Below are positions 1 to 9,440 of a stretch of 64,000 nucleotides of DNA, in pieces; within the stretch, counting starts at the first letter, position 1; each line of letters starts with the position of its first letter. Source of the DNA: an uncultured Candidatus Saccharibacteria bacterium (GTDB taxonomy: Bacteria; Patescibacteriota; Saccharimonadia; Saccharimonadales; JAGQNJ01); contig CAZEED010000002.1 in NCBI GenBank assembly GCA_964510945.1, forward strand, positions 144,924 through 208,923, given 5' to 3'. The translations under genes were made by a program, and so were the position numbers. The notes beneath the pieces are model-generated. The model saw only the letters and a list, made by a program, of their open reading frames with translations, did no database searches and was not told the origin of the DNA.

Positions 1-2293
1 TTACGAAGCTGACGATATTATGGGTACGCTTGCAGTACAGGCAAAAGAAAAAGGCATTGATACGGCACTGGTAACTAGTGATTTAGATCTGTTGCAGGTT
101 ATAAATGGTAATGTTCATGTCTACGCTTTAAAAAAGGGATTATCGAATATTGATTTATTTCATCCAGAAAGCTTTCGGGATAAATACGGTATTGAAGTTA
201 ATCAATTCTTGGATCTTAAGGCGATTAAAGGTGATAGCTCAGATAACATACCGGGCGTACCTGGGATTGGCGAGAAGGGCGCAGTTGAATTACTTAAAGA
301 ATATAAAACCCTTGATGAGGTATACGATAATCTGGATCTTATTAAAGATAGTTTGCGTAAAAAATTAGAGGCTGGAAAAGATTCTGCATATCTAAGTAAA
401 AAGTTGGCGGCGATATGGACTGACGCCCCTATTAAGTTAGATCTGAAAAATCTTGATATTAGCAATTGCGATCCGCGGGCAGTTAAGGATAAGCTAGAAA
501 GCCTGCAATTCAAAAGTCTTGTACGGCAATTACCGGAAGTAATGAAGATAGCCGAATCTGAGGAAAAACAAGAGATTAAAAATCATGGATTAAATATCCC
601 AAAAGTTAAAGTTGTTACAGACTCACTGTATCTTAAAAGTTTTATAAACAAAGACCAGGTATTTATCCTTGCTAAGTTCAATGATATCAATCATGACCAA
701 ATCGATAAGTTATATATGTTGAACGAAAAGAATGAGGAAATATGCACGATTACTTCAGAGATTTTGAACCAAAAAAATATACAGGAAGTGTTAGCGAACA
801 AGAATTATGTCAGTGCCGATATAAAAAAGTTGCTCAAAGGACTTTGGCTAGCCGGAGTAGAGACAAAAAATAGTACAATTTTTGACACCCAGATAGCTGG
901 TTTTTTACTTAACCCATTAATCCGTAGTCAAACAACCGCCGAACTTGCTAGAGAATATCTAGATCTTGAGATAGAAGCGACTGATCTTGAAGATGAAGAA
1001 AGGTTAATTTTAGAACTAACAGTGATTGATAGGCTACATAAATATCTAGTCAAGGAATTTGACAAAGCAAATAATAAAAAACTCAAAGAAGTTTTTAACA
1101 GTATTGAGGCGCCGATTATTCCGGTCTTAGGGCGCATGGAAAATGCTGGGATCAAACTGGACGTACAATATATGGACGTTTTATCGGTTGAGATTGATGA
1201 CAAGATTAGTGATCTAACTCAAGAGATTTATGGTTTTGCCGATAAAGAATTTAACATCTCTAGTCCGTCACAACTTGCCAATATTTTGTTCGATGATCTT
1301 GGACTTTCGACAGATGGTATAAAAAAGGGCAAAACAGGCTATTCGACGGCCGCCAAAGAACTAGATAAATTGCGTGGCCAACATCCAATTATCAATCTCA
1401 TTAGTCAGTACAGGGAAGTGACGAAACTAAAAAATACTTACGTAGATACATTGCCGACGATGGTAGATAAAGATTCTCGCATACATACGACTTTTAATTT
1501 GACTATCGCTCAAACTGGACGGCTGAGCTCAACCGATCCTAATTTGCAGAATATTCCTGTTAGGACTGAGCTAGGCAAACGAATTCGTGAGGCTTTTATT
1601 GCCGAGAAGGGAAATATGCTGGTCAGCGCCGATTATAGTCAGTTTGAGTTGCGCTTAGCTGCGTATTTGTCTGACGACAAAGAGTTAATCCGACAATTCA
1701 ATGAAGACATTGACGTACATCAAGCCACCGCCGCACTAATTTATGGTCGCGAAGTTGAAGATGTAACAAAATCAATGCGTCGTGACGCCAAAGTTGTTAA
1801 TTTTGGGATAATGTATGGACTTGGGCCTCATGGCTTGGTATCGGCAACAGGTATGACATATGGGCAAGCTAAAGAGTTTATTGATAAGTTTTTTGAAGTA
1901 AGGCCAAAGTTACTGCAATATATTGACTCTGTTAAAAAACAGGCCCATGACCTAGGCTATGTAGAGAATATTTTTGGTCGTCGAAGACCAACACCTGATG
2001 TTAAGTCATCTAACTTTATGGTTAGAGAATCCGCCTATAGAGCCGCAGTCAACATGCCATTTCAGGGAAGTGCTGCCGATATCATGAAAAAAGCCATGAT
2101 CGAAATAGATAATAAGTTGGATGATGATTGCAAGATGCTACTCCAGATTCACGACAGTGTGATAGTAGAGTGTCCCGAAAAATCAGCAAAAAAGACCGCA
2201 AAATTAATAAAAGATACAATGGAAAGCGTCATAAAACTACCTATAAAGTTGACCGTTGATACTAGTTTTGGCAAAACCTGGGGCGAACTATGA
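1..2293 (+). CDS. polA: DNA polymerase I (5'-nuclease plus polymerase domains); 5' end cut by the window edge
   Basis: The frame is open from base 2. YEADDIMGTLA precedes the first ATG at 20 and is a 5'-nuclease motif. Polymerase motifs are DYSQFELRLAAYL, RRDAKVVNFGIMYG and QIHDSVIVE. Confidence 0.95.
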   Translation, partial: YEADDIMGTLAVQAKEKGIDTALVTSDLDLLQVINGNVHVYALKKGLSNIDLFHPESFRDKYGIEVNQFLDLKAIKGDSSDNIPGVPGIGEKGAVELLKEYKTLDEVYDNLDLIKDSLRKKLEAGKDSAYLSKKLAAIWTDAPIKLDLKNLDISNCDPRAVKDKLESLQFKSLVRQLPEVMKIAESEEKQEIKNHGLNIPKVKVVTDSLYLKSFINKDQVFILAKFNDINHDQIDKLYMLNEKNEEICTITSEILNQKNIQEVLANKNYVSADIKKLLKGLWLAGVETKNSTIFDTQIAGFLLNPLIRSQTTAELAREYLDLEIEATDLEDEERLILELTVIDRLHKYLVKEFDKANNKKLKEVFNSIEAPIIPVLGRMENAGIKLDVQYMDVLSVEIDDKISDLTQEIYGFADKEFNISSPSQLANILFDDLGLSTDGIKKGKTGYSTAAKELDKLRGQHPIINLISQYREVTKLKNTYVDTLPTMVDKDSRIHTTFNLTIAQTGRLSSTDPNLQNIPVRTELGKRIREAFIAEKGNMLVSADYSQFELRLAAYLSDDKELIRQFNEDIDVHQATAALIYGREVEDVTKSMRRDAKVVNFGIMYGLGPHGLVSATGMTYGQAKEFIDKFFEVRPKLLQYIDSVKKQAHDLGYVENIFGRRRPTPDVKSSNFMVRESAYRAAVNMPFQGSAADIMKKAMIEIDNKLDDDCKMLLQIHDSVIVECPEKSAKKTAKLIKDTMESVIKLPIKLTVDTSFGKTWGEL

Positions 2294-2847
2294 AGAGTCT
2301 GAAAGTTTATGTTGCAGGTAAGGTATCTAAAGAGTCTAGTTTTGGTACGCATTATTGGAGAGATGATTTTTGTAATGAGCTTCAAAAGCTGTCAGGGATA
2401 AAAATTATATGCATAGACCCAACAAAATCTGGTATAGACCAGAACAACAAGGAAATGGTTTTTGGGGGTGATGCATTTATGATAAAGCAGTGTGATGTGT
2501 TTGTTGTTTATCTTTCTGATGATATTAGCATAGGGGGTTCTCAGGAGATACTTATTGCAAAGTATTTTGATAAACCCGTCATTGGGCTAGCCAAAAAGGG
2601 TGGAAAATTTAATGGTAAAAAACGAGTATTTTTTGAACAAGAAATAAAGAATTATAAAGATCCTTTTGTTTACACCACATGTGACGTTGTAGCGGAAGAT
2701 GTTGATGGTGTTGCTCAGGCTCTAAAGAAGATCGATAGAATAAAAATTAAACAGATAAATATCATTGATAGATTATCGAAAGAATTTGAGAATAAACACC
2801 TATTTAGTCATAGCTATATTCAGAGTATCGCGAAGCACGTTGAATAA
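2290..2847 (+). CDS. Nucleoside 2-deoxyribosyltransferase-like / DNPH1-like fold protein (tentative)
   Basis: ATGA overlap with the polA stop suggests translational coupling. N-terminal KVYVAGKV and later GGSQEILIAKY resemble the NDT-family YxAG...E pattern. Assigned by eye only. Confidence 0.4.
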   Translation: MKSLKVYVAGKVSKESSFGTHYWRDDFCNELQKLSGIKIICIDPTKSGIDQNNKEMVFGGDAFMIKQCDVFVVYLSDDISIGGSQEILIAKYFDKPVIGLAKKGGKFNGKKRVFFEQEIKNYKDPFVYTTCDVVAEDVDGVAQALKKIDRIKIKQINIIDRLSKEFENKHLFSHSYIQSIAKHVE

Positions 2848-2895
2848 GTATTTAGGGTTGCTTAACATAGAAAAGTATTGTATTATATGTGAGTA

Positions 2896-3471
2896 ATGAG
2901 ACAGTTTTTGGCAGTTATGGCTTTGGTAGCGTTTGTAATCATTGGTGGACTGATTATATTTGCTATTCCTTGGGGCGGGTCAGATAGCAAGAAACAAGAA
3001 GCCAAACAAACTCAGTTAACTGAATTTGCAAAATCTGGGGCAAGTGCTCAGCTACATATAAGAGGTAGGGTCGTTAGCAATAAAGAACACCAAGAACTCA
3101 CTATAAGCGTTAACAGAGACGAAGTTGTAGCAACATTATTTAAAGGCTATGATTTTACTGAGGTAAAATCTGTAAGAAACTCGAATAATCAACAGGCGTA
3201 CGAAGTCTTTTTATCGGCGTTGTATAACGCGGGATTTACGTTAAGACAAAAACCTAGAAAAGGGGTGAGTATCCCGGGGCTTTGCTCAGGTGGAGAGCTG
3301 TATAACTATAGTCTAGTTAATGTTACGACTGATGGTGCGCCAAAACCAGCATGGGCTACAAGTTGTAGTAAGAAGGATGGGGATTTTGCTGGTTCGATTA
3401 GCGGGGTGAACAAACTTTTTGAAGATCAAGTAGTTGAATACGACGAGCTTACTCTTCGTACTGAATTCTAG
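2896..3471 (+). CDS. Hypothetical membrane-anchored exported protein
   Basis: 191-aa ORF with one N-terminal TM helix (FLAVMALVAFVIIGGLIIFAI). No catalytic motif recognised. Confidence 0.6.
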   Translation: MRQFLAVMALVAFVIIGGLIIFAIPWGGSDSKKQEAKQTQLTEFAKSGASAQLHIRGRVVSNKEHQELTISVNRDEVVATLFKGYDFTEVKSVRNSNNQQAYEVFLSALYNAGFTLRQKPRKGVSIPGLCSGGELYNYSLVNVTTDGAPKPAWATSCSKKDGDFAGSISGVNKLFEDQVVEYDELTLRTEF

Positions 3472-3510
3472 TGTTTGTATAGCGAACGAAAACGCTTAAA
3501 GTAGAGACGT

Positions 3511-4095
3511 ATGATTAAGGCGATAATATTTGATTGTTTTGGAGTGATTTATCCAGATACGCTAACAATGGTTCAGAGTATTTATCTGAAAAATGATAAT
3601 GCCAAGCAACAAAAGATACGAGAAATACGGAAAGTATGCGATCGTGGTGAAATAAGCCGTGATGATTTTTGGGATGAGGTTGCAAGAATTTTCAATATCC
3701 CAAGAGCAGAATTAGACATTGAGCTTGATAAGGTGCGAGGCGCAGATTGGGAATTATTAGACTATATAAAAGATCTTAAGAAAAACTATAAAACCGCCAT
3801 ACTCTCAAATGTGGGCGCTGGGTTTATCGAGAGAATGTTCGATCATGATAGAAAACAGCAGGATTATTTTGATGTGCTGGCGGTAAGCGGAGAAATAGGG
3901 GCGCTCAAGCCAGACCCCAGAGCATATCTATATACCGCAAACAAACTTGGTGTTGAACCCTCGGCTTGTGTATTTATCGATGATAAAAAACGTATGGCAG
4001 AAGGCGCAGAACAGGTCGGGATGCAGGGTATTATGTATACTAGTTTTGATGATTTTAAGAACAGTCTAGAAGAGTTATTGTCCAAAAACGGTTGA
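3511..4095 (+). CDS. HAD-superfamily hydrolase (subfamily IA-like)
   Basis: Motif I-like IIFDCFGVIY near the N-terminus, ILSNVG (motif II) and VFIDDKKRMAEGAEQVGMQGI (motifs III/IV). Confidence 0.8.
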   Translation: MIKAIIFDCFGVIYPDTLTMVQSIYLKNDNAKQQKIREIRKVCDRGEISRDDFWDEVARIFNIPRAELDIELDKVRGADWELLDYIKDLKKNYKTAILSNVGAGFIERMFDHDRKQQDYFDVLAVSGEIGALKPDPRAYLYTANKLGVEPSACVFIDDKKRMAEGAEQVGMQGIMYTSFDDFKNSLEELLSKNG

Positions 4096-4136
4096 CAAAA
4101 AAGAGTATAATAACAGGCGTAAGCAGGATAATAAAA

Positions 4137-4355
4137 ATGCCAGAAGCAAAATCACTATTTATTTTGGAATCACAGGGTCAAGTTCTAGCACACGTTGCAC
4201 AAGTTGGAGGTTTAGCAGTCTTTGGTGTGTCCGATGTATGTAACCCTTATGTTGACGATAGTGGTGGCGAAGGTGGTCCAATAGAAAATAGGGTTGAAGA
4301 TGTGCAAGCTGTCGTAGGGATGCTACTAGAAGCCCAAATGCCAGGCGCTAGCTGA
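4137..4355 (+). CDS. Small hypothetical protein (72 aa from the internal ATG); could instead be a structured RNA
   Basis: AGGA lies 9 nt upstream of the ATG at 4137. No recognisable motif. The 3' end overlaps the convergent gene by 8 nt. Three nested 6-7 bp complementarities are described in findings. Confidence 0.25.
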   Translation: MPEAKSLFILESQGQVLAHVAQVGGLAVFGVSDVCNPYVDDSGGEGGPIENRVEDVQAVVGMLLEAQMPGAS

Positions 4356-4587
4356 CTTGTATTCTTATAGACTTTTTTTTTGGGAGTAAGCCCTGAAGTT
4401 CGTGAATTGATAATTGCAGTTCTCCGGCAAGTGCGGAGCCTTTTACCTTTATAACAATGGTTTTATTTTGTAGTTTTAAATCTACCTTCTCTTGAAACTT
4501 ATCTTGTACAAAATCTCGAATAACTTTAAACTCTTCGGGTTCCTTAAATTGTTTTTTGAATAAAATATCTCGAATGTCGTTAGTCAT
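4348..4587 (-). CDS. DUF721/DciA-like small protein
   Basis: 79 aa. The C-terminal segment TIVIKVKGSALAGELQLSIHELQGLL resembles the DUF721 pattern (L.V.V.SSAWA.EL..L). Confidence 0.5.
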   Translation of the reverse strand: MTNDIRDILFKKQFKEPEEFKVIRDFVQDKFQEKVDLKLQNKTIVIKVKGSALAGELQLSIHELQGLLPKKKSIRIQVS

Positions 4588-4636
4588 TTATTAGATTATA
4601 ACAATTATGTAGGTCAGATATTGATACAATTAACCT

Positions 4637-5518
4637 ATGCCAGAGTTGCCAGAGGTTGAAACAGTTCGGCGTGGGTTATCCAAGTTAATAATTGGCCAGA
4701 AGATTATTGATGTACGGTTTGATTGGCCAAAAGGCTTCCCAAACTCGCCGGGTGATGTTAAAAATTTCTTAATTGGTGCAAAAATTTTATCCGTTAAGCG
4801 CCGAGCAAAGGTTCTGATTATTGATCTTGATTCGAAATACTCTTTAGTTATCCATCTTAAGATGACAGGTCAATTAGTGTATAGGTCAAACGATTCTAAA
4901 ACGCGATACGGGGCAGGGCATCCTAATGATAGTTTGATCGGTAAGCTACCGGATAAATCCACTAGAGTGACTATTGGATTTAAGGATTCAAAATTGTTTT
5001 TTAATGATCAGAGAAAGTTTGGATGGATGCGTTTGCTACCAACAATCGAAGTGCCAAATATTGATTTTTTCAAAAAAGTTGGGCCAGAACCTTTGGAAGA
5101 TGCCTTTAAATTCCCCCAGTTTAAAATTAGATTGTTAAAAAGAAAAAACTCTAACATAAAATCAGTAATTCTCGACCAAACAGTGATAGCTGGTGTAGGG
5201 AATATATATGCCGACGAGTCATTGTTCGCTGCAAAAATTCATCCAAAAACAATTGTTGGAGATATTAGTGAGGCAAAATTACGCAAGCTGTACACCGAGC
5301 TCCGTAGGATAATGAAGCTAAGTATTGAGCTTGGTGGTTCAACGGACAGGAATTATGTGGACGCTGAAGGCAAAAAAGGCAGTTATTTAAAGTTTGCCTT
5401 AGTGTTTCGTAGAGACGGTCAGCCGTGCGTAAAGTGCGGTACAATAATACAAAAGCTAAAGGTGGCAGGTAGGGGGACGCATGTCTGCCCGAGCTGTCAA
5501 AAGATAGAGGAGAGTTAG
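4637..5518 (+). CDS. mutM: Formamidopyrimidine-DNA glycosylase
   Basis: Catalytic N-terminus MPELPEVETVRRGL, an H2TH region, and a C-terminal zinc finger CVKCGTIIQKLKVAGRGTHVCPSCQ. Confidence 0.93.
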   Translation: MPELPEVETVRRGLSKLIIGQKIIDVRFDWPKGFPNSPGDVKNFLIGAKILSVKRRAKVLIIDLDSKYSLVIHLKMTGQLVYRSNDSKTRYGAGHPNDSLIGKLPDKSTRVTIGFKDSKLFFNDQRKFGWMRLLPTIEVPNIDFFKKVGPEPLEDAFKFPQFKIRLLKRKNSNIKSVILDQTVIAGVGNIYADESLFAAKIHPKTIVGDISEAKLRKLYTELRRIMKLSIELGGSTDRNYVDAEGKKGSYLKFALVFRRDGQPCVKCGTIIQKLKVAGRGTHVCPSCQKIEES

Positions 5519-6331
5519 TTGAAGTACATTTGGTCGTTTGGGATTTTACTAAAAAGATTGTTGATTTTTTTGTTTTCGGTTTCGATTGTTTTTTTAATAT
5601 ACACGACGCTTCTACCGGAAGTTTGGAGGCGCGATAACGTACTGATTAGTCTAACCATTCTTTGGCTGGTGACAGCATATTTTGTCTTGCCCCGAATACA
5701 TAGATTGCTGTCTAGGATCTATGTACCTGATAATTTTATCGGCAGGACAAGAACGGTTGACGGACTATTATGCGACCCCGTAAATATGGCTATCAACGGC
5801 AATAAACGTGACCTTATTTACGCAATGGAGGATGCCGGTTGGACACTTGCTGAAAAGCTAACTGTTAGGTCCATATGGCTCATGGTTAAATCGGTGGCAC
5901 TTCGAAAAAGCTACCCCTCGGCGCCTGTAAGCGATGCCATACTATTTGGTAACAAGCAGGATTTTGCTTTTCAGATGGAGGTCGAGAATAATCCCAGAAA
6001 AAGGCATCATATTAGGTTCTGGAAAGCGCCAAAAGGTTGGTATCTGCCGGGTGGGCATAAAGTAGATTGGCTAGGTGCGGCGACATATGATGAGGCGGTA
6101 GGATTATCGTTGTTCACGATGCAGTTTACTCATAGTATCGATTCTAATGTAGATAAAGAACGAGATTTTATTATCAATAGTTTACAGACTGCAGGGCGAA
6201 TATCGAAAGCCAATCGTATTGAGCATTTTTTTAGTGCTTATAAAACCAGGAATGGCTTTGGACACCATTATATTACTGATGGTTCTATGGTGATTGCTGA
6301 ATTAAAGCCATCAAAGAATAGGCAAAAATGA
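5519..6331 (+). CDS. LssY-like C-terminal domain membrane protein
   Basis: TTG start directly after the mutM stop. N-terminal TM helices. HHIRFWKAP...DWLGAATYD resembles the LssY C-terminal domain. Confidence 0.55.
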   Translation: MKYIWSFGILLKRLLIFLFSVSIVFLIYTTLLPEVWRRDNVLISLTILWLVTAYFVLPRIHRLLSRIYVPDNFIGRTRTVDGLLCDPVNMAINGNKRDLIYAMEDAGWTLAEKLTVRSIWLMVKSVALRKSYPSAPVSDAILFGNKQDFAFQMEVENNPRKRHHIRFWKAPKGWYLPGGHKVDWLGAATYDEAVGLSLFTMQFTHSIDSNVDKERDFIINSLQTAGRISKANRIEHFFSAYKTRNGFGHHYITDGSMVIAELKPSKNRQK

Positions 6332-7254
6332 TAACTTCAATTTGCGGTAATAATGCCTACGCCATTAATTCAAGATTATCTGATTTGAAAAATAACTTCA
6401 TCAAAAAATATGGCGCAATAAATCTAGAACAATATGATGGGGAAGAAGATTCTTATGAACAAGTTATTGATTCAGTCACTAATACTTCATTATTTAGTGA
6501 CAAAAAATTAGTTGTAATCGAAAATGTTGATAAAAATAAGGAGTTAACTGATAACATCGAAGATTTTTTGTCCAGATCTGAAGAGTCAGATCTCGTGCTT
6601 GTTATGCGTAACATCGATAAACGCTCAAAGCTGTATAAACTCATAAAAGCTAAAACAGACTTCCTAGAGTTTAATATCGATAATCATATAAGCCTAGATA
6701 AATGGGTAACAAACGAGGTCAAAAACCGTGGTGGTTCAATAGACCAGCAGTCAACGCGACTATTGATAGATAAGACAGGTAATGATCAGATAAAACTAAA
6801 TAACGAGATAGATAAGTTATTGGCATATCAGCCGATTATTACCCAGAGTAATATTGAGTTATTAACAGTAAATTCTCCCCAAAGCACGGTTTTTCAGCTA
6901 CTGGACTCGGCTTTTAGTGGGGATTATTCAAAAACACTGGCAATCTATGAAGAACAGCGTGCGCAAAAAGTTGAGCCAATAGCAATACTGGGGATGATTA
7001 TTTGGCAATTGCACATTTTTGCGATTATCAAATTTTCTGATAATAAAACGCCGTCTGATATTGCAAAACAAGCCAAGCTTAATCCTTATGTAGTAGATAA
7101 ATCACGCCATGTACTTCGTAGAATCAATAAATCGTATCTAAAAAAGTTAATCAATAAAGTTGCAGAGTTAGACGTAAGCTTAAAAAGTGAGTCAATTGAT
7201 AGCGACAATGTATTAAAAAATTTACTTCTTGATATCAGCGAAGCTGTTTCTTAG
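6328..7254 (+). CDS. holA: DNA polymerase III delta subunit
   Basis: 308 aa with ATGA overlap to the upstream gene. Delta-like segments are LFSDKKLVVIENVDK and STVFQLLDSAFSGD. Confidence 0.75.
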   Translation: MITSICGNNAYAINSRLSDLKNNFIKKYGAINLEQYDGEEDSYEQVIDSVTNTSLFSDKKLVVIENVDKNKELTDNIEDFLSRSEESDLVLVMRNIDKRSKLYKLIKAKTDFLEFNIDNHISLDKWVTNEVKNRGGSIDQQSTRLLIDKTGNDQIKLNNEIDKLLAYQPIITQSNIELLTVNSPQSTVFQLLDSAFSGDYSKTLAIYEEQRAQKVEPIAILGMIIWQLHIFAIIKFSDNKTPSDIAKQAKLNPYVVDKSRHVLRRINKSYLKKLINKVAELDVSLKSESIDSDNVLKNLLLDISEAVS

Positions 7255-7622
7255 GACTTTTTTGCTACAGGTTTCTTTTTTGCTACTGGTTTAGCTTTGG
7301 TAGTTGACTTTGTTGGAGCTTTTTTAGGTGCGGTAGTTTTAGCATTGGCCAAAGGTTTTACCCCAACGGCTTTTACTTTGCTTGATAGCTGAGCTTTTTT
7401 ACGGGCAGCTTTGTTCTTGTGTAGGATGTTCTTCTTAACACCTTGGTCGATTGCACTTTGTGCCTCGCTCATGAGTTTTGGAATGTTCTTTTTATCCGAT
7501 TTTTCTATTGCTGTTTGTAGGGCTTTGATTGAATTACGAATAGATTTTCGGGTTCGATTGTTTCTAGCAGTAGCTTTCTCTGCAATTTTAACTCGTTTTT
7601 TGGCTGACTTGATAATTGGCAT
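7251..7622 (-). CDS. rpsT: 30S ribosomal protein S20 with a Lys/Ala/Pro-rich C-terminal extension
   Basis: MPIIKSAKKRVKIAEKATARNNRTRKSIRNSIKAL is canonical S20. It is followed by a ~40-aa KKAP/AKP-rich tail. Confidence 0.9.
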   Translation of the reverse strand: MPIIKSAKKRVKIAEKATARNNRTRKSIRNSIKALQTAIEKSDKKNIPKLMSEAQSAIDQGVKKNILHKNKAARKKAQLSSKVKAVGVKPLANAKTTAPKKAPTKSTTKAKPVAKKKPVAKKS

Positions 7623-7818
7623 GTAAGAATTTGTTCCTCTCTAAAATGAATTCTACTAAATATTCGAGTTTCAACTATACAAAGCTAAAGTGATTTTGTA
7701 AAGAGGGAAACAGAGAAAGATAATTTGTGGCATTAAGCCTAAAGACTTCAATAATAATTGGGTAGACAAAGCATAGTGGTTATGGTAGACTTTTAGGGAA
7801 GATTAAAAAAATAAAAAT

Positions 7819-9402
7819 ATGGATCAAACTTCAAGACAAAGTATCATCGACCGTTTAGGACAAGCTACGAATGTTCTAGTAACAGTTAGCTCTAATCCTT
7901 CTGTAGACCAATTATCGGCGTGTATTGGTATTACTTTGTTTTTGAACAAACTCGGCAAACATGCGACTGCGGTATTTAGTGGGGACGTACCTTCAACGAT
8001 CGAGTTTTTGCAGCCCGATGATACTCTAGAGAAAACTACCGATAGCTTGCGCGATTTTATTATTTCGCTGGATAAGACCAAGGCAGATAAATTACGTTAT
8101 AAAGTAGAAGACAAAGTAGTAAAGATATTTATTACGCCATATAAAACTTCGATTTCTGATAAAGATTTTGACTTTAGTCAGGGTGATTTTAATGTTGATG
8201 TAGTTATCGCGCTTGGAGTACACAATAGGGATGATTTGGATAAAGCTATTGTAGCCCACGGTCGAATTTTGCATGACGCAACTGTCATATCTATATCAAA
8301 TAGCCTTGGAGCACCTCTTGGTACTCTTGATCTACAAGACGATAAGGCCAGTAGCCTGTGTGAAATGCTTGCCGATATTGCAGAGGTCATAAAGCCAAAT
8401 AGTTTTGATGCACAGATGGCTACTGCGTTTTTGACGGGTATAGTCGCCGAAACAAAGAGATTTAGTAATGAAAAAACCTCGCCACTAACTATGGGCCTTA
8501 GTGCGAAGCTTATGGCAGCCGGAGCAAACCAACAATTAGTTGCAACTAATCTTCAGGCAGTGCCGACTAACATTCGTAAAAATCCTAAGCAAAAAGCTGA
8601 TGGAGAGCTAGATATTGATCATAGCCTTGATGAGGCTGAACACGAGATGTTAGAGCACAGAGTTAGCGATCCGACCCCTGTAACTATTCCTCCAGCGCGA
8701 CCTGTGAGTAAATATGTTTCGCCGATTAGGGATGTAAAGCTCGAGAATCATAATTTAGATGGTGCAAATACGTTAAACTCATCTCAAGCACGAGAAGAAG
8801 GTGGATCGGCGCAGTCATATTCAACTCAAGCACCAACCATGGGCGGCACACTAACAGCTAATACTCAGCCCGAATCATTAGACAGCGCCGTTAATCCATT
8901 GAACGAATCACCATCAAGACCTAGTATTAGACCAACTTATTCGACAGCACCTGCACTTAACCCGTTAAGCCCAGATTTGTCCGATAAAACAATAGTTGAT
9001 ATCGAAAAATCAGTGAATAGCCCACATGTTCAGTCTAGCCCGATTCCTAGTACTAGCAGTGTTCCTAGTGCCCCAACAACACTTGGGGCAAAACCAGATC
9101 TCGATGCCGCGAGAAATGCAGTAATGAGTGCTGCAACAGAAACACCGGCACCTGTTCAGTCGCTCGGTGCAACACCAATGCCAATGCCGTCAAATAGTCC
9201 AACTTTACCAAACCCTATAGTCTCTAACCCTGCTCCAGCGCAGAATGCTGTTGATAATCGAGGTCCTAACCCGATGAATCGAGCTGTACAACCACCTTTG
9301 ACACCAGTTGACAGAAGTCAGGCAATGAACCCAGTAAATAGTGTTCCAACAACGCCTACACCACCCCCAGTTCCGCCTCCAATGATGCCACCTACAAGCT
9401 AA
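7819..9402 (+). CDS. DHH/NrnA-like fold protein with degenerate catalytic motifs and a long P/S/T-rich C-terminal region
   Basis: The N-terminal ~330 aa are colinear with NrnA-type DHH proteins, but NPSVDQLSA replaces H..PDGD..GS and ISISNS replaces IDHH. The C-terminal ~250 aa are low complexity, ending PTTPTPPPVPPPMMPP. Confidence 0.6.
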   Translation: MDQTSRQSIIDRLGQATNVLVTVSSNPSVDQLSACIGITLFLNKLGKHATAVFSGDVPSTIEFLQPDDTLEKTTDSLRDFIISLDKTKADKLRYKVEDKVVKIFITPYKTSISDKDFDFSQGDFNVDVVIALGVHNRDDLDKAIVAHGRILHDATVISISNSLGAPLGTLDLQDDKASSLCEMLADIAEVIKPNSFDAQMATAFLTGIVAETKRFSNEKTSPLTMGLSAKLMAAGANQQLVATNLQAVPTNIRKNPKQKADGELDIDHSLDEAEHEMLEHRVSDPTPVTIPPARPVSKYVSPIRDVKLENHNLDGANTLNSSQAREEGGSAQSYSTQAPTMGGTLTANTQPESLDSAVNPLNESPSRPSIRPTYSTAPALNPLSPDLSDKTIVDIEKSVNSPHVQSSPIPSTSSVPSAPTTLGAKPDLDAARNAVMSAATETPAPVQSLGATPMPMPSNSPTLPNPIVSNPAPAQNAVDNRGPNPMNRAVQPPLTPVDRSQAMNPVNSVPTTPTPPPVPPPMMPPTS

Positions 9403-9440
9403 ACTAGGTATTTTATTGACCTATAGCTACAATAACGCGT

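Noticed and set aside
202-513. Antisense or alternative-frame ORFs inside strong genes. Examples: 150-368, 202-513, 928-1203, 11737-12063, 12634-13209, 22007-22318, 30855-31325, 39306-39698, 51020-51325, 61566-61913.
   Set aside because: Each lies wholly within a confidently identified gene on the other strand or in another frame. They have low-complexity, Ser/Leu/Arg-rich translations and no RBS. These are typical shadow ORFs.
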